From: Tubiluchus corallicola
Taxonomy: Eukaryota > Animalia > Priapulida
DNA length: 64,000 bases
Direction: 5' to 3'
Assembly: GCA_030141605.1 (NCBI GenBank)
Contig: JAQGDQ010000895.1
Location: 1 to 64,000, forward strand
The position numbers were made by a program, and so were the translations under genes. The notes beneath the pieces were generated by a model. It saw only the letters and a program-made list of their open reading frames with translations. It was not told the DNA's origin and did no database searches. This document shows, piece by piece, positions 1 to 14,230 of the stretch. How positions within the stretch are numbered: the first letter of the stretch is position 1; every line of letters begins with the position of its first letter.

Positions 1-539
1 GCTACTAATTTTTTTCCATGTATCAGTTGGCAGAAAGAATGGTCATAAAATGAGTTGATCAGCTTCATGTCACAGCAAATGGCAAAGACAACTACAACAG
101 GGGAATAAGAGAGTAAATAGCTGCCAGAAAATATCTTCAAAAGTGAAATTGTGCTGGATGTTATTCATTAATATTCATCTTAAAAATCAACTGAAAAACA
201 ACTTTTATCACTCATTGCAGTTTTATTACATATTTTTATGAGAAATACGGCAGCAATTACAAAGAAACATTTCAATGAGTTCTTATATACAGTAAAACAA
301 ATTTGCTCTGGCTACTTAAATAATAGCAAAAATGGCAATAATAAAAAATTGCAATTACTTTTGAAAAAAATAACAATATAATTTGGTAAAATCTATTATT
401 GCCGAAAAAATTTCTATCCAGCACCATATACATATAATTCAAGCGGTTAACTATATTTTTGCATCTAATTACGACAAATATCTCAGTATTCTCAAAAATG
501 ACTTAAAGCTTATCTGTACAATTCCATCTTCATGGCTGC

Positions 540-598
540 TCAGTAGGGAGAGCCACTTTCAACACAGCCTAGAGAAGGGCTGGAGGCTGCTGGCTGTT
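540..598 (-). other. Candidate downstream exon start of a minus-strand transcript
   Basis: Minus strand has a long polypyrimidine tract, cttttcttttctctttcacAG|AACAGCC. Phase-1 reading gives (E)QPAASSPSLGCVESGSPY*. Confidence 0.3.
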
Positions 599-1666
599 CT
601 GTGAAAGAGAAAAGAAAAGCAATAAAAATGTGAATTAAATAATAAAAGTGAAGTTAGAAATTAACAGTGAAATAAAAGTGCGTGTGAATGCGGTTAATCC
701 CGTTAATTAGTACCAAAAGTTAAATATTAATAAATGTAGCAGAAAAGGAAATTTTCTGAAACTATCATGATGACCACACAACTATGTCACCTTATAACAT
801 TGTGGTATACACTCTTACATAGTGTATGTGGTAGTGTAGTATAAAAATTATGTAGTGGACAGCAAGTAATTACTTAGCCAAAATTATTACTATAAAATTC
901 TAGTAATATCATCTGGCATATTATTTCAGTTATTTAGGGCATTTAATAACAAAATAACAGGTATAAGCCTATATATTTCATAGCTGATACTATCAATCTA
1001 CCACAGTTAAGTCCCTCACTCCATCAACAGTGGAACAATATAAGTGGCTTAAATCCATGGTGGCTTTTTATTAAATAAACTTAGATCAGCAAACAGATCA
1101 ACTTTTACAATTTGATACTTGCGAGTGCACACCTGTCACAGTGTCAAATTATTAAATTTACTGTGCAACAAAGCAAGTGCACTACACGGATATTGTCATT
1201 GTTTTTTACAGTAAAAAATGATACCTAAAATCATAAATAGTCAGTAGTGAGCATTTTATGAATAATTCTGCACGCGTCACAAAACTCAGAGGACAAGAAC
1301 AGTAAATAGGGAAAGAAAGTATGAATGACAACATAAACAAAATGTAACCACAAAATTAAATGAGCTAATGCAGCAAGACATACATGTAATTGAAACAGAA
1401 ACTTAAAAAGTCATATTAGTAAAACTAATGTATTACAATGATCTTATACACCTCAAACCCACATGCTTTTGTTGCAAAAAATAAGCTAAAAATAATGAAT
1501 TTTTTTTTACCATTTAGGATGATGATTCATGCAAATGAATACAAAATATTTTAGTAAAATTTTATTAATTTGCTCAGAGAATACGGTTGAAACAGTGAAA
1601 AGCTTCAAATAATAGAGCAGCATGCTTATGTGTGCGCATAATGAGGTCAACCATCAAATGACTCAC

Positions 1667-1703
1667 CAACAGAAATAGTAATGAACAGGTTATTCAGAGC
1701 AAG
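1667..1703 (-). other. Candidate 37-nt exon of an unidentified minus-strand transcript
   Basis: Minus strand: ttttctcAG|CTTGCTCTGAATAACCTGTTCATTACTATTTCTGTTG|GTGAGT. Open as LALNNLFITISV. Confidence 0.3.
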
Positions 1704-1854
1704 CTGAGAAAATTAATTATGTACTGAAGAAAGATCTACTACATGTGGGGAATGAACTACCAAAATAAACCACATAATCTTGCACTCCTAGTAGACAGTG
1801 AGATTAGAGACAATTTCACGCTGTACTAGACTGAATACTCGGAGAGTGAGTTGG

Positions 1855-2480
1855 GGGAGGGAAGAATGAAGTAAAAAGTTCTTTGGGAGGGGGAGACACG
1901 AAGAAGAAAACGTCTTAGGGAGGGGGAGACGAAGAAGAAAAGTTCTTAGGGAGGGGGAGACACGAAGAAGAAAACTTCTTTTGGGAGGGGGAAAAACGAA
2001 AATGAAAAGTTCTTAGGGGGGGGGGAGACACGAAGAAGAAAACTTCTTTTGGGAGGGGGAAAAACGAAAATGAAAAGTTCTTAGGGGGGGAGACACGAAG
2101 AAGAAAACGTCTTAGGGAGGGGGAGACGAAGAAGAAAAGTTCTTAGGGAGGAGGGGGAGACGAAGAAGAAAACTTCTTTTGGGAGGGGGAAAACGAAAAT
2201 GAAAAGTTCTTAGGGAGGGGAAGACACGAAGAAGAAAACTTCTTTGGGAGGGGAAAAACGAAAATGAAAAGTTCTTAGGGAGGGGGGAAGACACGAAGAA
2301 GAAAACTTCTCAGGGAGGGGAGACACGAAGAAGAAAAGTTCTTGGGGAGGGGGAAACATGAAGAAGAAAAGTTAGGGAGGGGAAAGAAAGAAGAAAAGTT
2401 TTTAGGGAGGGGGAGACACGAAGAGGAAAAGTTTTTAGGGAGGGGAGACACGAAGAGGAAAAGTTTTTAGGGTGGGAACA
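1855..2480. repeat. Purine-rich minisatellite, ~35-38 bp unit
   Basis: AAAAGTTCTTAGGGAGGGGGAGACACGAAGAAG and variants, roughly 16-17 copies. Confidence 0.95.
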
Positions 2481-3239
2481 TGAAAAATAAAAAAAATTGA
2501 ACTTGCACCATTGATGGAACGCGTGTGGAGCATATTCCAAATCATTGGGTGTTGGGGCCTGGAATGGAGGTACAAACAGAATCATGTAGACACGGAGATA
2601 TTGATGTGAAGCATTTGAAAACTCGTATCAATCTGTCCTTTGTCTTAGGAAATTCATAATCCGTGTTATGTGAACCAATTTGCATAATTTAATAGTTGTG
2701 ATGTTCAGCATGTAACATCTTTTGGCCTTCCAGTCTTCCTGCAAAACTCTTGACAAACGCCACAAATCGGGATAATCTCGGGTCATCAGCAGTTGGGGGG
2801 GGGGGGGTCCACAGCTCTCGTTGCTTGCTGGCGGGTTAAATTAGCTCCATCAGACGCTGAGGAATCGGCGCATACCAAAATCCTGCCCGTGCAGCCATTG
2901 CCCGATTGTAGAACTTCTTATGCAGCTTCAAACAGATGGAGAAGATGCTATAAATATCCTAGCAACCGCAGATTTAACCTGCATAATGCGGAGTATTTAT
3001 TTAGCGTAAGCCACAACATGCCACCCAAATGTACATGTACCGGCGCGTTCGTTACGATAGTCGGCTTCGCGAAGCTTCTGCTGGCGGCTTGTAGCTTTTA
3101 TTTATTAAAGCATCATTAAACATATGCTCGATTAGCAGACTTGTTGCCATGCCACAAGGTGGCACGCGTGGTGTCAACTGTCGGCAAAGTTTTAAAGATT
3201 TTTTTATGTCTAAAAATCTATAATATAATATAACGTTAT

Positions 3240-3705
3240 AGGCTGCACTATCACTACATACAGTGCAACACTAATGTTGGAAAATTTTCTATTAAATACA
3301 ATGCCCCTTACATATGGAATTCAATTGCTCCAGCTATTAAAAATGTCAACTCGCTGTCCATATTGAAAAAAATATATAAATTAAACTTACTTGAAACATA
3401 TAACTGATCACTAAATCATGATTTGTTGTTTTTTATTTTCAAAGCTGTATAGTATAATAAAATTTTTAATACTTCCCACCCGTATTTATATTTGTATATA
3501 TTGTAATATTGTATCTGTAAATATTGTAATTTTTTTCGTAACTAATTCTAGTGGCCTACCATAAGCTAGCTTCTTAGGTCTCTAGCGCAGTATTCATGAA
3601 TTTTATCATATTTTTTTATTAATAAAACCTGATGCACATGTAATGTAATGCATATGTATATGTTTATTGCGAAATAAATCTATTAAAATCTAAAATCTAA
3701 TCTAT
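3240..3705 (+). mobile_element. CR1/L2-type LINE 3' remnant
   Basis: Reads CNTNVGKFSIKYNAPYIWNSIAPAIKNVNSLSILKKIYKLNLL, like the WNxLP..IK...SL..FK ORF2 C-terminus. Followed by an AT-rich UTR, AATAAA and a short (AAATCTA)-type tail. Confidence 0.75.
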
Positions 3706-3951
3706 AATTAGTTGCCATTTTGTTTGCTTTGCCACGAACTATACGTTGAATTGTAAAAGTACAATATGTTTGGCTTCGTGAAATCGTTATGGGATACTTT
3801 GGTACTATCACATTCCATATTTCACAACGGGAATACGTTATAGAAGTGGGGTTCACTATATTTAATACGTTATTGTCTACAATAGGATTATAGTATCAAG
3901 TTGCGTTCATATCTGATAAATACCGAGCACACTTAGCTGCCATATTTATTT

Positions 3952-3975
3952 TCAAGATGGCGGCCACGTAGGTTA
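3952..3975 (+). promoter_or_regulatory. YY1-type motif CAAGATGGCGGC followed by possible donor (AC|GTAGGT); candidate TSS region
   Basis: ttcaagatggcggccacgtaggt. This motif is typical just downstream of metazoan TSSs. Confidence 0.3.
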
Positions 3976-4053
3976 TCAAGAAGACCGAACCAACTTTAAA
4001 ATGCAGATTTTTTACCTGGCTGCTTTTACTGTCGTTTACGCGGGAATTTTTCA

Positions 4054-5727
4054 AGAACCTCAGCAAGTGGTAGTTGTCTTTGAGAACTTCAGCAAGTGGT
4101 AGTTGTCTTTGAGAACCTCAGCAAGTGGTTGTTGTCTTTGAGAACCTCAGCAAGTGGTAGTTGCTTTGAGAACCTCAGCAAGTGGTTGTTGTCTTTGAGA
4201 ACCTCAGCAAGTGGTAGTTGTCTTTGAGAACCTCAGCAAGTGGTAGTTGTCTTTGAGTTGGTGGTGGTAGTTGTCTTTGAGAACCTCAGCAAGTGTAGTT
4301 GTCTTTGAGAACCTCAGCAAGTGTTAGTTGTCTTTGAGAACCTCAGCAAGTGGTAGTTGTCTTTGAGAACCTCAGCAAGTGGTATGTGGTAGTTGTCTTT
4401 GGGAACCTCAGCAAGTGGTAGTTGTCTTTGAGAACCTCATCAAGTGGTAGTTGTCTTTGAGAACCTCATCAAGTGGTAGTTGTCTTTGAGAACCTCAGCA
4501 AGTGTAAGTTGTCTTTGAGAACCTCAGCAAGTGTTAGTTGTCTTTGAGAACCTCAGCAAGTGTTAGTTGTCTTTGAGAACCTCAGCAAGTGTTAGCTGCC
4601 TTTTGAGAACCTCAGCAAGTGGTTGTTGTCTTTGAGAACCTCAGCAAGTGGTTGTTGTCTTTGAGAATCTCAGCAAGTGGTTGTTGACTTTGAGAACCTC
4701 AGCAAGTGGTTGTTGTCTTTGAGAACCTCATCAAGTGGTAGTTGTCTTTGAGAACCTCAGCAAGTGGTAGTTGTCTTTGAGTACCTCAGCAATTGGTAGT
4801 TGTCTTTGAGAGCCTCAGCAAGTGATAGTTGTCTTTGAGAACCTCATCAAGCGGTAGTTATCTTTGAGAACCTCAGCATGTGGTAGTTGTCTTTGAGAAC
4901 CTCAGCAAGTGTAAGTTGTCTTTGAGAACCTCAGCAAGTGTTAGTTGTCTTTGAGAACCTCAGCAAGTGGTAGTTGTCTTTGAGAACCTCAGCAAGTGGT
5001 ATTTGTCTTTGGGAACCTCATCAAGTGGTAGTTGTCTTTGAGAACCTCATCAAGTGGTAGTTGTCTTTGGGAACCTCAGCAAGTGGTAGTTGTCTTTGAG
5101 AACCTCATCAAGTGGTAGTTGTCTTTGAGAACTAGCAAGTGTAAGTTGTCTTTGAGAACCTCAGCAAGTGTTAGTTGTCTTTGAGAACCTCAGCATGTGG
5201 TAGTTGTCTTTGAGAACCTCAGCAAGTGGTAGTTGTCTTTGAGAACCTCAGCAAGTGGTAGTTGTCTTTGAGAACTTCAGCAAGTGGTATTTGTCTTTGG
5301 GAACCTCATCAAGTGGTAGTTGTCTTTGAGAACCTCATCAAGTGGTAGTTGTCTTTGGGAACCTCATCAAGTGGTAGTTGTCTTTGAGAACCTCAGCAAG
5401 TGTAAGTTGTCTTTGAGAACCTCAGCAAGTGTAAGTTGTCTTTGAGAACCTCAGCAAGTGTTAGTTGTCTTTGAGAACCTCAGCATGTGGTAGTTGTCTT
5501 TGAGAACCTCAGCAAGTGGTAGTTGTCTTTGAGAACCTCAGCAAGTGTTAGTTGTCTTTGAGAACCTCAGCAAGTGGTAGTTGTCTTTGAGAACCTCAGC
5601 AAGTGGTAGTTGTCTTTGGGAACCTCATCAAGTGGTAGTTGTCTTTGAGAACCTCATCAAGTGGTAGTTGTCTTTCAGAACCTCAGCAAGTGGTAGTTGT
5701 CTTTGAGAACCTGAGCAAGTGGTAGTT
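4054..5727. repeat. 29-bp minisatellite, ~57 copies
   Basis: Unit GAGAACCTCAGCAAGTGGTAGTTGTCTTT; contiguous copies with no unique spacers. Confidence 0.98.
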
Positions 5728-6070
5728 ATTACCACACAAAAGTGATTTCTTCTCTGTTATACGTGCGTTTCGCCATTTATTAGTTAGATGGTCACTAGCG
5801 CCTGCATCTCAGAAATGCGTTGCACAAAAAACAGGTGTTGTGCCTCTCACTTCAGAAGTGTTCGCTTGCGACGTAGTACACGCGCGCTCGTGGACTCGTG
5901 TGAGCGATAAACTTGAAATTTTAATCTTAAATTAAAATTTGCCGAATTTTTGTATGTCGCACAGAATGCAGTACAGTGGTACTGTACTTGAATTCTCGCT
6001 TTCGTTTGGAATGCTTTTGATGTTGAATATTATGTTAGTTTGTGACGTCATGCTGTGACATTATTACAGA
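5728..6070 (+). mobile_element. Internal fragment of Kolobok-like MITE family A
   Basis: Shares TTACCACACAAA...CTAGCGCCTGCAT...AAAAACAGGTG with the copies at 27425, 37274 and 39414. Confidence 0.7.
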
Positions 6071-6441
6071 TGTATGCATTTCCTCTCATCAACATACCCT
6101 TAACCCTATACTGTTTTTACTCGACTGTAAGTGTTGCAGAAACTTTCATCCATTCGTCTGTAGCTTTACGACGTCTGCGTTCTTTTGTAATGTGTCAGTT
6201 AATGAAATAACGATCGTCTTTGTTTGTGGATCAGAATTTATTTCAAACGTTATTTCTTCTGCTGTTCTCTCTCAACACATTTGCTCACCAAACACGATGG
6301 CTAGTTTCCTGTTGTGAGAGTCATGTAGAGAGAATGTTCACTCGTTCTTTACGAATTTTAACATGTTTGCTGTAGTTGAAACTCGCTAGATAAACAGAAT
6401 GAGCTTCGAGCATTTTCAAGCAAAATGGAAATTTATATTAA

Positions 6442-6865
6442 AGGAAAACAGTATGATTTTTAATACCCTCCTCCATTTTGAAGTACGGCAAAATGTATAC
6501 GTTTTAACATCCGTAATAATGCCACAGCAACTCTGATAATTAAATAATAGATAAAATCTTAATTAACGGCGGGCGAGCCCCAAGTAGTGATGGCATCACA
6601 AACTAACATAATTTTTAACAGCGCAAACATTCCACGTGCTTACGGAAACGGAACTACGGTGCTACTGTACAGCATTCATCGTGATATACAAAAATTCGGC
6701 AAATTTTAACCTTAAAACACAGTACGTCTTTGAGTGCCTACGCAACTGAAGTTACTGAACACCTCTGAACTGATAGGTACAGCGCTTATTTTTCGCGCAG
6801 CGCATTTTCGAGATGCAGGCGCCTAGTGTCTATTTAACTAGTGAATGGTGAAATGCATGTATGCT
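6442..6865 (-). mobile_element. Kolobok-like MITE family A, inverted partial copy
   Basis: TTAA|AGGAAAAC terminus; the interior is the reverse complement of family A (GAGATGCAGGCGCCTAGT...). Confidence 0.7.
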
Positions 6866-7713
6866 CAATAAACTGTATCTGAAATATGGTGGTGTTACGA
6901 TGCTTTGATTTTGTCATAAAATTGTCCGACGTTGTTGAATATGGAATGTTTTGTGATGATGGTTGTGTGTAAATAAACTTAGCTTGAATTAACTAACTTA
7001 ACAATTCACGGCAGACAGCTTTTATATACTTTTGCATAGGAGCAGCCAGTACTTAGGCATTTTTGAGACAATTAGGTATCATGTATCCTTGATAGTTGGG
7101 TATTTTAAATTATGCACGAAACAAGGTAACTGATATTTTAAGTCCACTTAGAGGTTCTCTATGGTCACAATATTGCAATTTGTTGCTGGCTCCAAGGGGG
7201 TTCCCTTGAACCGCACTGGGGGCCTAGGTGGCCCCAAAACCCCCGGCCTGTTTCAGAGTTTTTTGCAATTTGTCATTCTCATCCCTGGAATTGGTAAAGT
7301 AAAGCTCTGCCATTCGTAGCATTGACCTACGGCTGCACGTCTAACCCTGCACCATACAGGATGCGTCGAAAAATGCGCGCTTTTTCTTCACTTGCCAGAT
7401 GATGCGAATTCTGATGAAACCTGCCTGTCTGGTTACCACATGTGCGTTCAGTTAGAGGGTTATTTCCGTGGCCCGTTACCGTTAACTCACTCATTTCATG
7501 CGCCATTAACTGCTGGAAATCACCGGAAATGACGTGTGCCATGTGAGTTCTGGCCAGGCACTAATGAAACGTCATTCAGCCGGTTTCATTTTCACTGGTT
7601 TGTTAGTTTGATTCTAATTCGTTATGATATCGATTTATTCAGTTTTTAAGTAACTAACTTTTACGTATGTATGTTATTTAACGTATATTAAATCTTCTGG
7701 TCATCTGGATTTA

Positions 7714-7749
7714 CACACACACACGCACACACGCACGCACACACACACG

Positions 7750-7792
<43 letters not shown>
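7714..7792. repeat. (CA)n/(CACG)n microsatellite
   Basis: Directly visible. Confidence 0.98.
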
Positions 7793-7794
<2 letters not shown>

Positions 7795-7959
7795 TTTGTC
7801 GAAGAATAAAAACGTTTATCCGTTTTTACAAAGATTTGCTTAACAGTTTCTCATAATACAGTAACTATATAACAGCAACACATCTTTCTGAAATTGTCAA
7901 CGGGTTGTTACTAAACGCGCATGCGTTCTTCGTGTAGAATGTTCTGTCGGGACGTATTA

Positions 7960-8330
7960 GGGGTCTTAGAGTGGAGATATATAGTTCTAGGGAAAGAGGA
8001 GAAATGGGGTCTTGGAGGGGAGATGTATAGCTTTATGGAAAGAGGAGAAATAGGATCTTGGGGGGGGGGGAGATGTATACTCTATGGAAAGAGGAGAAAT
8101 AGGATCTTGGGGGGGGGGGAGATGTAACTCTATGGAAAGAGGAGAAATAGGATCTTGGGGGGGAGATGTAACTCTATGGAAAGAGGAGAAATAGGGTCTT
8201 GTAGAGGTGATAAATAGCTCTAGGAAAAGAGGAGAAATAGTGTCTTGGAGGGGAGATGTAGTTCTATGGAAAGAGGAGAAATAGGGTCTTGAAGGGGAGA
8301 CATGTAGCTCTAGGAAAAGAGGAGAAATGG
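7960..8330. repeat. Purine-rich minisatellite, ~42-46 bp unit
   Basis: GAGGAGAAATAGGATCTTGG(G)nAGATGTAACTCTATGGAAA, about 8 copies. Confidence 0.93.
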
Positions 8331-8874
8331 CTACACGGCAAAGTGGGTTTCCTTTTTGAGCGCTTCAAGCATAGCCTAAATGAACTGGATAATTCCAAGT
8401 TCTGGCTTGGAAAAGTATTAGTAATACTCATATTATATACTACCTGTGCATCCTTTTTTGCTTATCCTTTTTTCACAATGATTTGCTTAACAATATCTCC
8501 TAGTATGATAACTATATAGTCAGCGATGCATTTTTTTGGAGTCATGAACAAATTGCTACTAAACTCGCACGCATTCTTCGTGTTTTTTTCTGGTTTTGTT
8601 TATAGATTTAATATTATAAACGCTTGTCAGGCGAGTAGGAATTTGTGAGAATGTAACACGACCTGTGTACATATTGGTAAACGTCTCTAGCCGTACCGTG
8701 TTTAAAATAACTTGTAATTTTGACAGGTGGGTTTCACTAATTTGTGATAAACATGACCTACCTCAAACAAAATGACCTGTTTACACGCGAATGTCTATGG
8801 CTTGCCGTTGCTGTGTCATAGATCAGGTAAAGTTAGAAAGTAATGCGCTTCGTGGAAGTCATAGAGCAGGATTC

Positions 8875-9290
8875 TGAACGCTTTCTACATTGCGCGGCTT
8901 GCGTCTTAGAGTGTGAACGCTTTCTACATTTCGCGGTTTGCGTCTTAGAGTGTGAACGCTTTCTACATTTCGCGGTTTGCGTCTTAGAGTGCGAACGCTT
9001 TCTACATATCGCGGTTTGCGTCTTAGAGTGTGAACGCTTTCTACATATCGCGGCTTGCGTCTTAGAGTGTGAACGCTTTCTACATATCGCGGCTTGCGTC
9101 CTAGAGTGTGAACGCTTTCTACATATCGCGGCTTGCGTCCTAGAGTGTGAACGCTTTCTATATTTCGCGGCTTGCGTCCTAAAGTGTGAACGCTTTCAGC
9201 TGGTGGTTTGACATATCGCGGCTTGCCTCCTATAGTGTGAACGCATACTATATTTTGCGGCTTGCGTCCTAAAGTGTGGACGCTTTCAGC
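8875..9290. repeat. 39-bp minisatellite
   Basis: GAACGCTTTCTACATATCGCGGCTTGCGTCTTAGAGTGT, about 10 copies. Confidence 0.96.
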
Positions 9291-9302
9291 TATAGCTTTA
9301 GT

Positions 9303-9557
9303 CTTTAGTTTGACAGTGGAACTGCCAGAACCATTGTCCATCTTTAGCTTGACAGTGGAACTGCCAGAACCTTTGTCCATCTTTAGCTTGACAGTGGAAC
9401 TGCCAGAACCATTGTCCATCTTTAGCTTGACAGTGGAACTGCCAGAACCATTGTCCATTTTAGCTTGACAGTGGAACTGCCAGAACCATTGTCCATTTTA
9501 GCTTGACAGTGGAACTGCCAGAACCATTGTCCATCTCTAGCTTGACAGTAGAACTGC
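9303..9557. repeat. Second, unrelated 38-39-bp minisatellite
   Basis: TTTAGCTTGACAGTGGAACTGCCAGAACCATTGTCCATC, about 6.5 copies, abutting the previous array. Confidence 0.96.
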
Positions 9558-10204
9558 CCTCTCTTTGACGTCTCCTCAGAGTCTGTGCTTGCACGCATGT
9601 AGAGAATAGTCAATGTGGTTTATGAAACTCAAACTTCTTCTGTGTTTTTAAAGTAACTTCTAAGCAATTACATGCATCTTGAAGATTGAAGAGGTTTTTC
9701 AAGCCTCACCTTCTGGGCTTCTTTAACCAAGCAGCGGAAAGGTTGTATAGGAGGTTGTTGAATTCCAGACAGCCAGGTGTGTACCACGTGGGTTTTTATG
9801 GCTTCATCAGTATTTGTAGACGGGAAGCGAAACCGTTACGCGGGTTACTGAACACAGCTGTTGCCGTCGCCGCTAATGACGCTAATCAAAATCTCTGCTT
9901 GTAAATGTAGGTTGTGTGGGTCGTTAGGTAGAGGCAAGAGGCGCTGGGAGATTCAAAGGCGTTAACTGTTCCATTAACCAATCATCAACATTAATATTAA
10001 CATTTGAGCATTAATATTTTATTTAGGTACATCTGTGACGTGATTTCTTACTATTGGCTGTAATACTATGTGGTGTCCGGTAAATGATGAGCGAATATCC
10101 AAAATTAATTTTGTGCACCGAAGATACTGCTCTATGTTTATACTCTGTTACCTTCCTGTTCCATCCAAAAATCTTATGTTATAGATTGATATATACATAA
10201 ATCT

Positions 10205-10802
<598 letters not shown>

Positions 10803-11499
10803 CAAAAGCACTACAATGGTAATTTATAGAGACGGTTCTCACTCAATACTAGCCGTAGCCGTGTCCGATAAGCTGCTGCACGTATTCGTTTCATTTATCG
10901 TTGTTCTATTTAGTTTGCAAAAACAAACAACCCTTGTCTAGATGTGTAGATCCGTTGTAGTAGAAAAGAGATTCTACTAAGAGAGATTCCTCTACTATTA
11001 ATTCTGCTAGAAAAGAGATTCTACCAAGAGAGATTTCTCTACTATTAACTAACAAGTGAATTGAAAACCTGTTAACTGTTATAGATTTATTATCAACGGC
11101 AAAAATTTGTTTTTGAAGGGCAGTCAAGGGTCGGTGGCTTCCTGTACCCGGCTTGGAAGCTTCCTGTCCCGGCTTGTAAGCAGTCTAACATATAGCAGTC
11201 TCGCCCCGAACTCAGCAAGCAAATTCCAGGAAAACGCTTGCGATATTTTAGACGCTTGTCCCGAAGCGATTCCTGGAAAATTGATCCAGGCGGAACTGCC
11301 GCAAATTTCCCTTTCTTTAGCCAGTCGATTTTTTAAATATATTGACCCACTTTAGACGCATCGACAAATAGCGTGTTTACCATTCAGGTATTTTCACGGA
11401 AACTCAAATATGCGTGTACTGTTCATTTAGTATGCGACTATTGTATTGACTCTGTATTGATTGATCGACTCTTCATTGTAAAAATTAGTTTTCCGTCGA

Positions 11500-12305
11500 A
11501 TGCGTACGCACAAGAAAATGTTTGTACAGCACGCTACAGAAATACTGAGAGTTGACATTTGCTGAATGATATTAATGCACTACGTTTAGTATGCAGTAAA
11601 TGTAACCCAACTGTACTTGATGCGCACGCACGCACGGCACGCACGCATGCGTACGCGCAAGAAAATGTACAGCACGCTACAGAAATACTGAGAGTGGACA
11701 TTTGCCGAATGATATTAATGCACTACGTTTAGTATGCAGTAAATGTAACCCAACTGTACTTGATACGCACGCACGCACGGCACGCACAAGAAAATGTATG
11801 TACAGCACGCTACAGATATACATTTGCTGAATGATATTAATGCATCACGTTTAGAATGCAGTAAATGTAACCCAACTGTACTTGATGCGCACGCACGCAC
11901 GGCACGCACGCACGCGTACGCACAAGAAAATGTCTGTACAGCACGTTACAGAAATACATTTGCTGAATGATATTAATGCATCACGTTTAGAATGCAGTAA
12001 ATGTAGCTCAACTGTACTTGATGTGCACGCACGCACGGCACGCACGCACGCGTACGCGCAAGAAAATGTCTGTACAGCACGCTACAGAAATACATTTGCT
12101 GAATGATATTAATGCACTACGTTTAGAATGCAGTAAATGTAACCCAACTGTACTCGATGCGCACGCACGGCACGCACGGCACGCACGCACGGCACGCACG
12201 CGCGCGTACGCACAAGAAAATGTATGTACAGCACGCTACAGATATACATTTGCTGAATGATATTAATGCACTACGTTTAGAATGCAGTAAATGTAGCTCA
12301 ACTTG
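11500..12305. repeat. ~120-140 bp tandem repeat with internal (GCAC)n tract
   Basis: CATTTGCTGAATGATATTAATGCACTACGTTTAG...(GCAC)n...CAAGAAAATG, about 6 copies. Confidence 0.95.
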
Positions 12306-12685
12306 ATATGCAGAACGATTCAGACTTTGTCTATTTTGCTTTGGGCATCACAAAACTCAAATGTCACTCACCCTTTGGCCTTCAACTAGTACAGCCACGA
12401 ATTGACCCAAACTTATCTCTATCCGGTAGCAGTTGTGTATACATATGGTTAAGCAGGGTTTGTGTACTACTTACCTGTATTTACCTTAAACAACTTATCT
12501 GTTTATCTCAAACTGAAAACGAAAGACCGCCCTTATTGCTAGGCTGTCGAACTTTACTGGGCTTCACTCGCATTGTAGACTCGGTTTATCGACATCAGCT
12601 TCCCCATTTCGTCAGTGATAAATTTCCCAGCACAAAGTTACTGTAACTGCTCGCTGCTGTGAGGATTGCTTCAGCAGGATTCCAA

Positions 12686-13140
12686 ACCCAGTGGAGGTTT
12701 GATGTCTACGTTATATGCTGTACATGTGCATCTCCTATAGGCGGGAAAGGGGGGGGGGGCATAACCCAGTGGAGGTTTGATGTCTACGTTATATGCTGTA
12801 CATGTGCATCTCCTATAGGCGGGAAAGGGGGGGGGGGGCATAACCCAGTGGAGGTTTGATGTCTACGTTATATGCTGTACATGTGAATCTCCTATAAGCG
12901 GGAAAGGGGGGGGGGGCATAACCCAGTGGAGGTTTGATGTCTACGTTATATGCTGTACATGTGAATCTCCTATAAGCGGGAAAGGGGGGACATAAATTTC
13001 TAATTGCTAAAACAAAGCGAAGCAGGAGATGTCTGGGGTAAAACACGTATCTTCAAGGTGTGGAGCAACTGTTTTGCTAACACAAAGCGAAGCAGTAGAT
13101 GTATGGGGTAAAACACGTATCTTCAAGCTGTGGAGCAGCT
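12686..13140. repeat. ~77-bp x4 tandem repeat followed by ~64-bp duplication
   Basis: ACCCAGTGGAGGTTTGATGTCTACG...G-run four times, then ACAAAGCGAAGCAG...TGTGGAGCA twice. Confidence 0.93.
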
Positions 13141-13671
13141 GTTGTGTGAGTGAACCGTAAACAAATTTCCCGCAAGATCCGTCTGCGCGCATGCGTAGCA
13201 GATTTTCTAATAAAGATACAATAATGCGGCATTAATGGTCTGCCTTCGTGTCTGTATTACTGACACTGTTACACTGTTTCGTCTATTATCACTGTACTTC
13301 GATTTGCAATCTCTAGAACACGTAGCCTGGAGGGGTTAGTGCAAACAGTTCGTATAATGTTTCATACTTTCATAAAATTGTCATGAACTGCAAGCTTAAA
13401 ATTTACTCTATAGACTTCTGTCAGCACTAACACATTATAAAAGTTCATAAACAGTATTGTCAGTCCCCCTGGTGGTCACAAATTCCTTTGATGCTTCAAA
13501 GATAAAAACGCCGCCCTCTCCCGAACCTCTTACATGGCAGTGTGCTTCGCTTTGAGGTTTATTAATATGGAGTAGCCCAAACATTTGATTACCTAGGGAG
13601 CACTGCGTGAAATCTGACTCAGAGCAATATTAGATCATACATATGCGATTGATTTATGGATGCTGTATAAA

Positions 13672-14230
13672 TTGTGGCACTGATGGTATGCTTACAGTAC
13701 TGTACCATGACTATTTTCACTCTGTTTATGGAACCAAGATAAAAAAGTCACAGAAAAAAGGCAGAAGAAAGAAGAAATAACTAACCATGGTGGCATTGAT
13801 GGTATTAGTACTGTATCAAGACTATCTTCACTCTGGTTATGGAACCAAGGAAAAAAAGGGCACAGGAAAAAAAGAAATGACTAACCATGGTGGCACTGAT
13901 GGTAACAGTACTGTACCATGACTGTCTTCACTCTGGTTATGGAACCAAGGAAAAAAGGCACAGGAAAAAAAGAAATAACTAACCATGGTGGCACTGATGG
14001 TAACAGTACTGTACCATGACTGTCTTCACTAAATTTATGGAATTCAGGTAAAAAAATTACAGGAAAAAGACAGAGGAAAAAAGAAATAACCCTAATCCTA
14101 ACCCTGGTGGTACTGATGGTATGCTTGCAGTGATGTACCATAACTATCGTCACTCTATTTATGGAACCCAGGTAAAAAAGTCACAGGAAAAAAGGCAGAA
14201 GAAAAAAGAAATAACTCTAATCCTAACCAG
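13672..14230. repeat. ~100-120 bp tandem repeat, probably TE-derived
   Basis: GTGGCACTGATGGTA...GTTATGGAACCAAGGAAAAAAGGCACAGGAAAAA, about 5 copies. Confidence 0.85.

Noticed and set aside
2490-3120. Coding-looking non-repetitive sequence
   Set aside because: Frames are short and interrupted, and no recognisable protein motif or clean exon boundaries were found.
4054-5727. CRISPR-like 29-bp repeats (also the 23-, 24-, 33- and 39-bp arrays)
   Set aside because: Units are head-to-tail with no unique spacers, no cas genes are present, and the context is eukaryotic.
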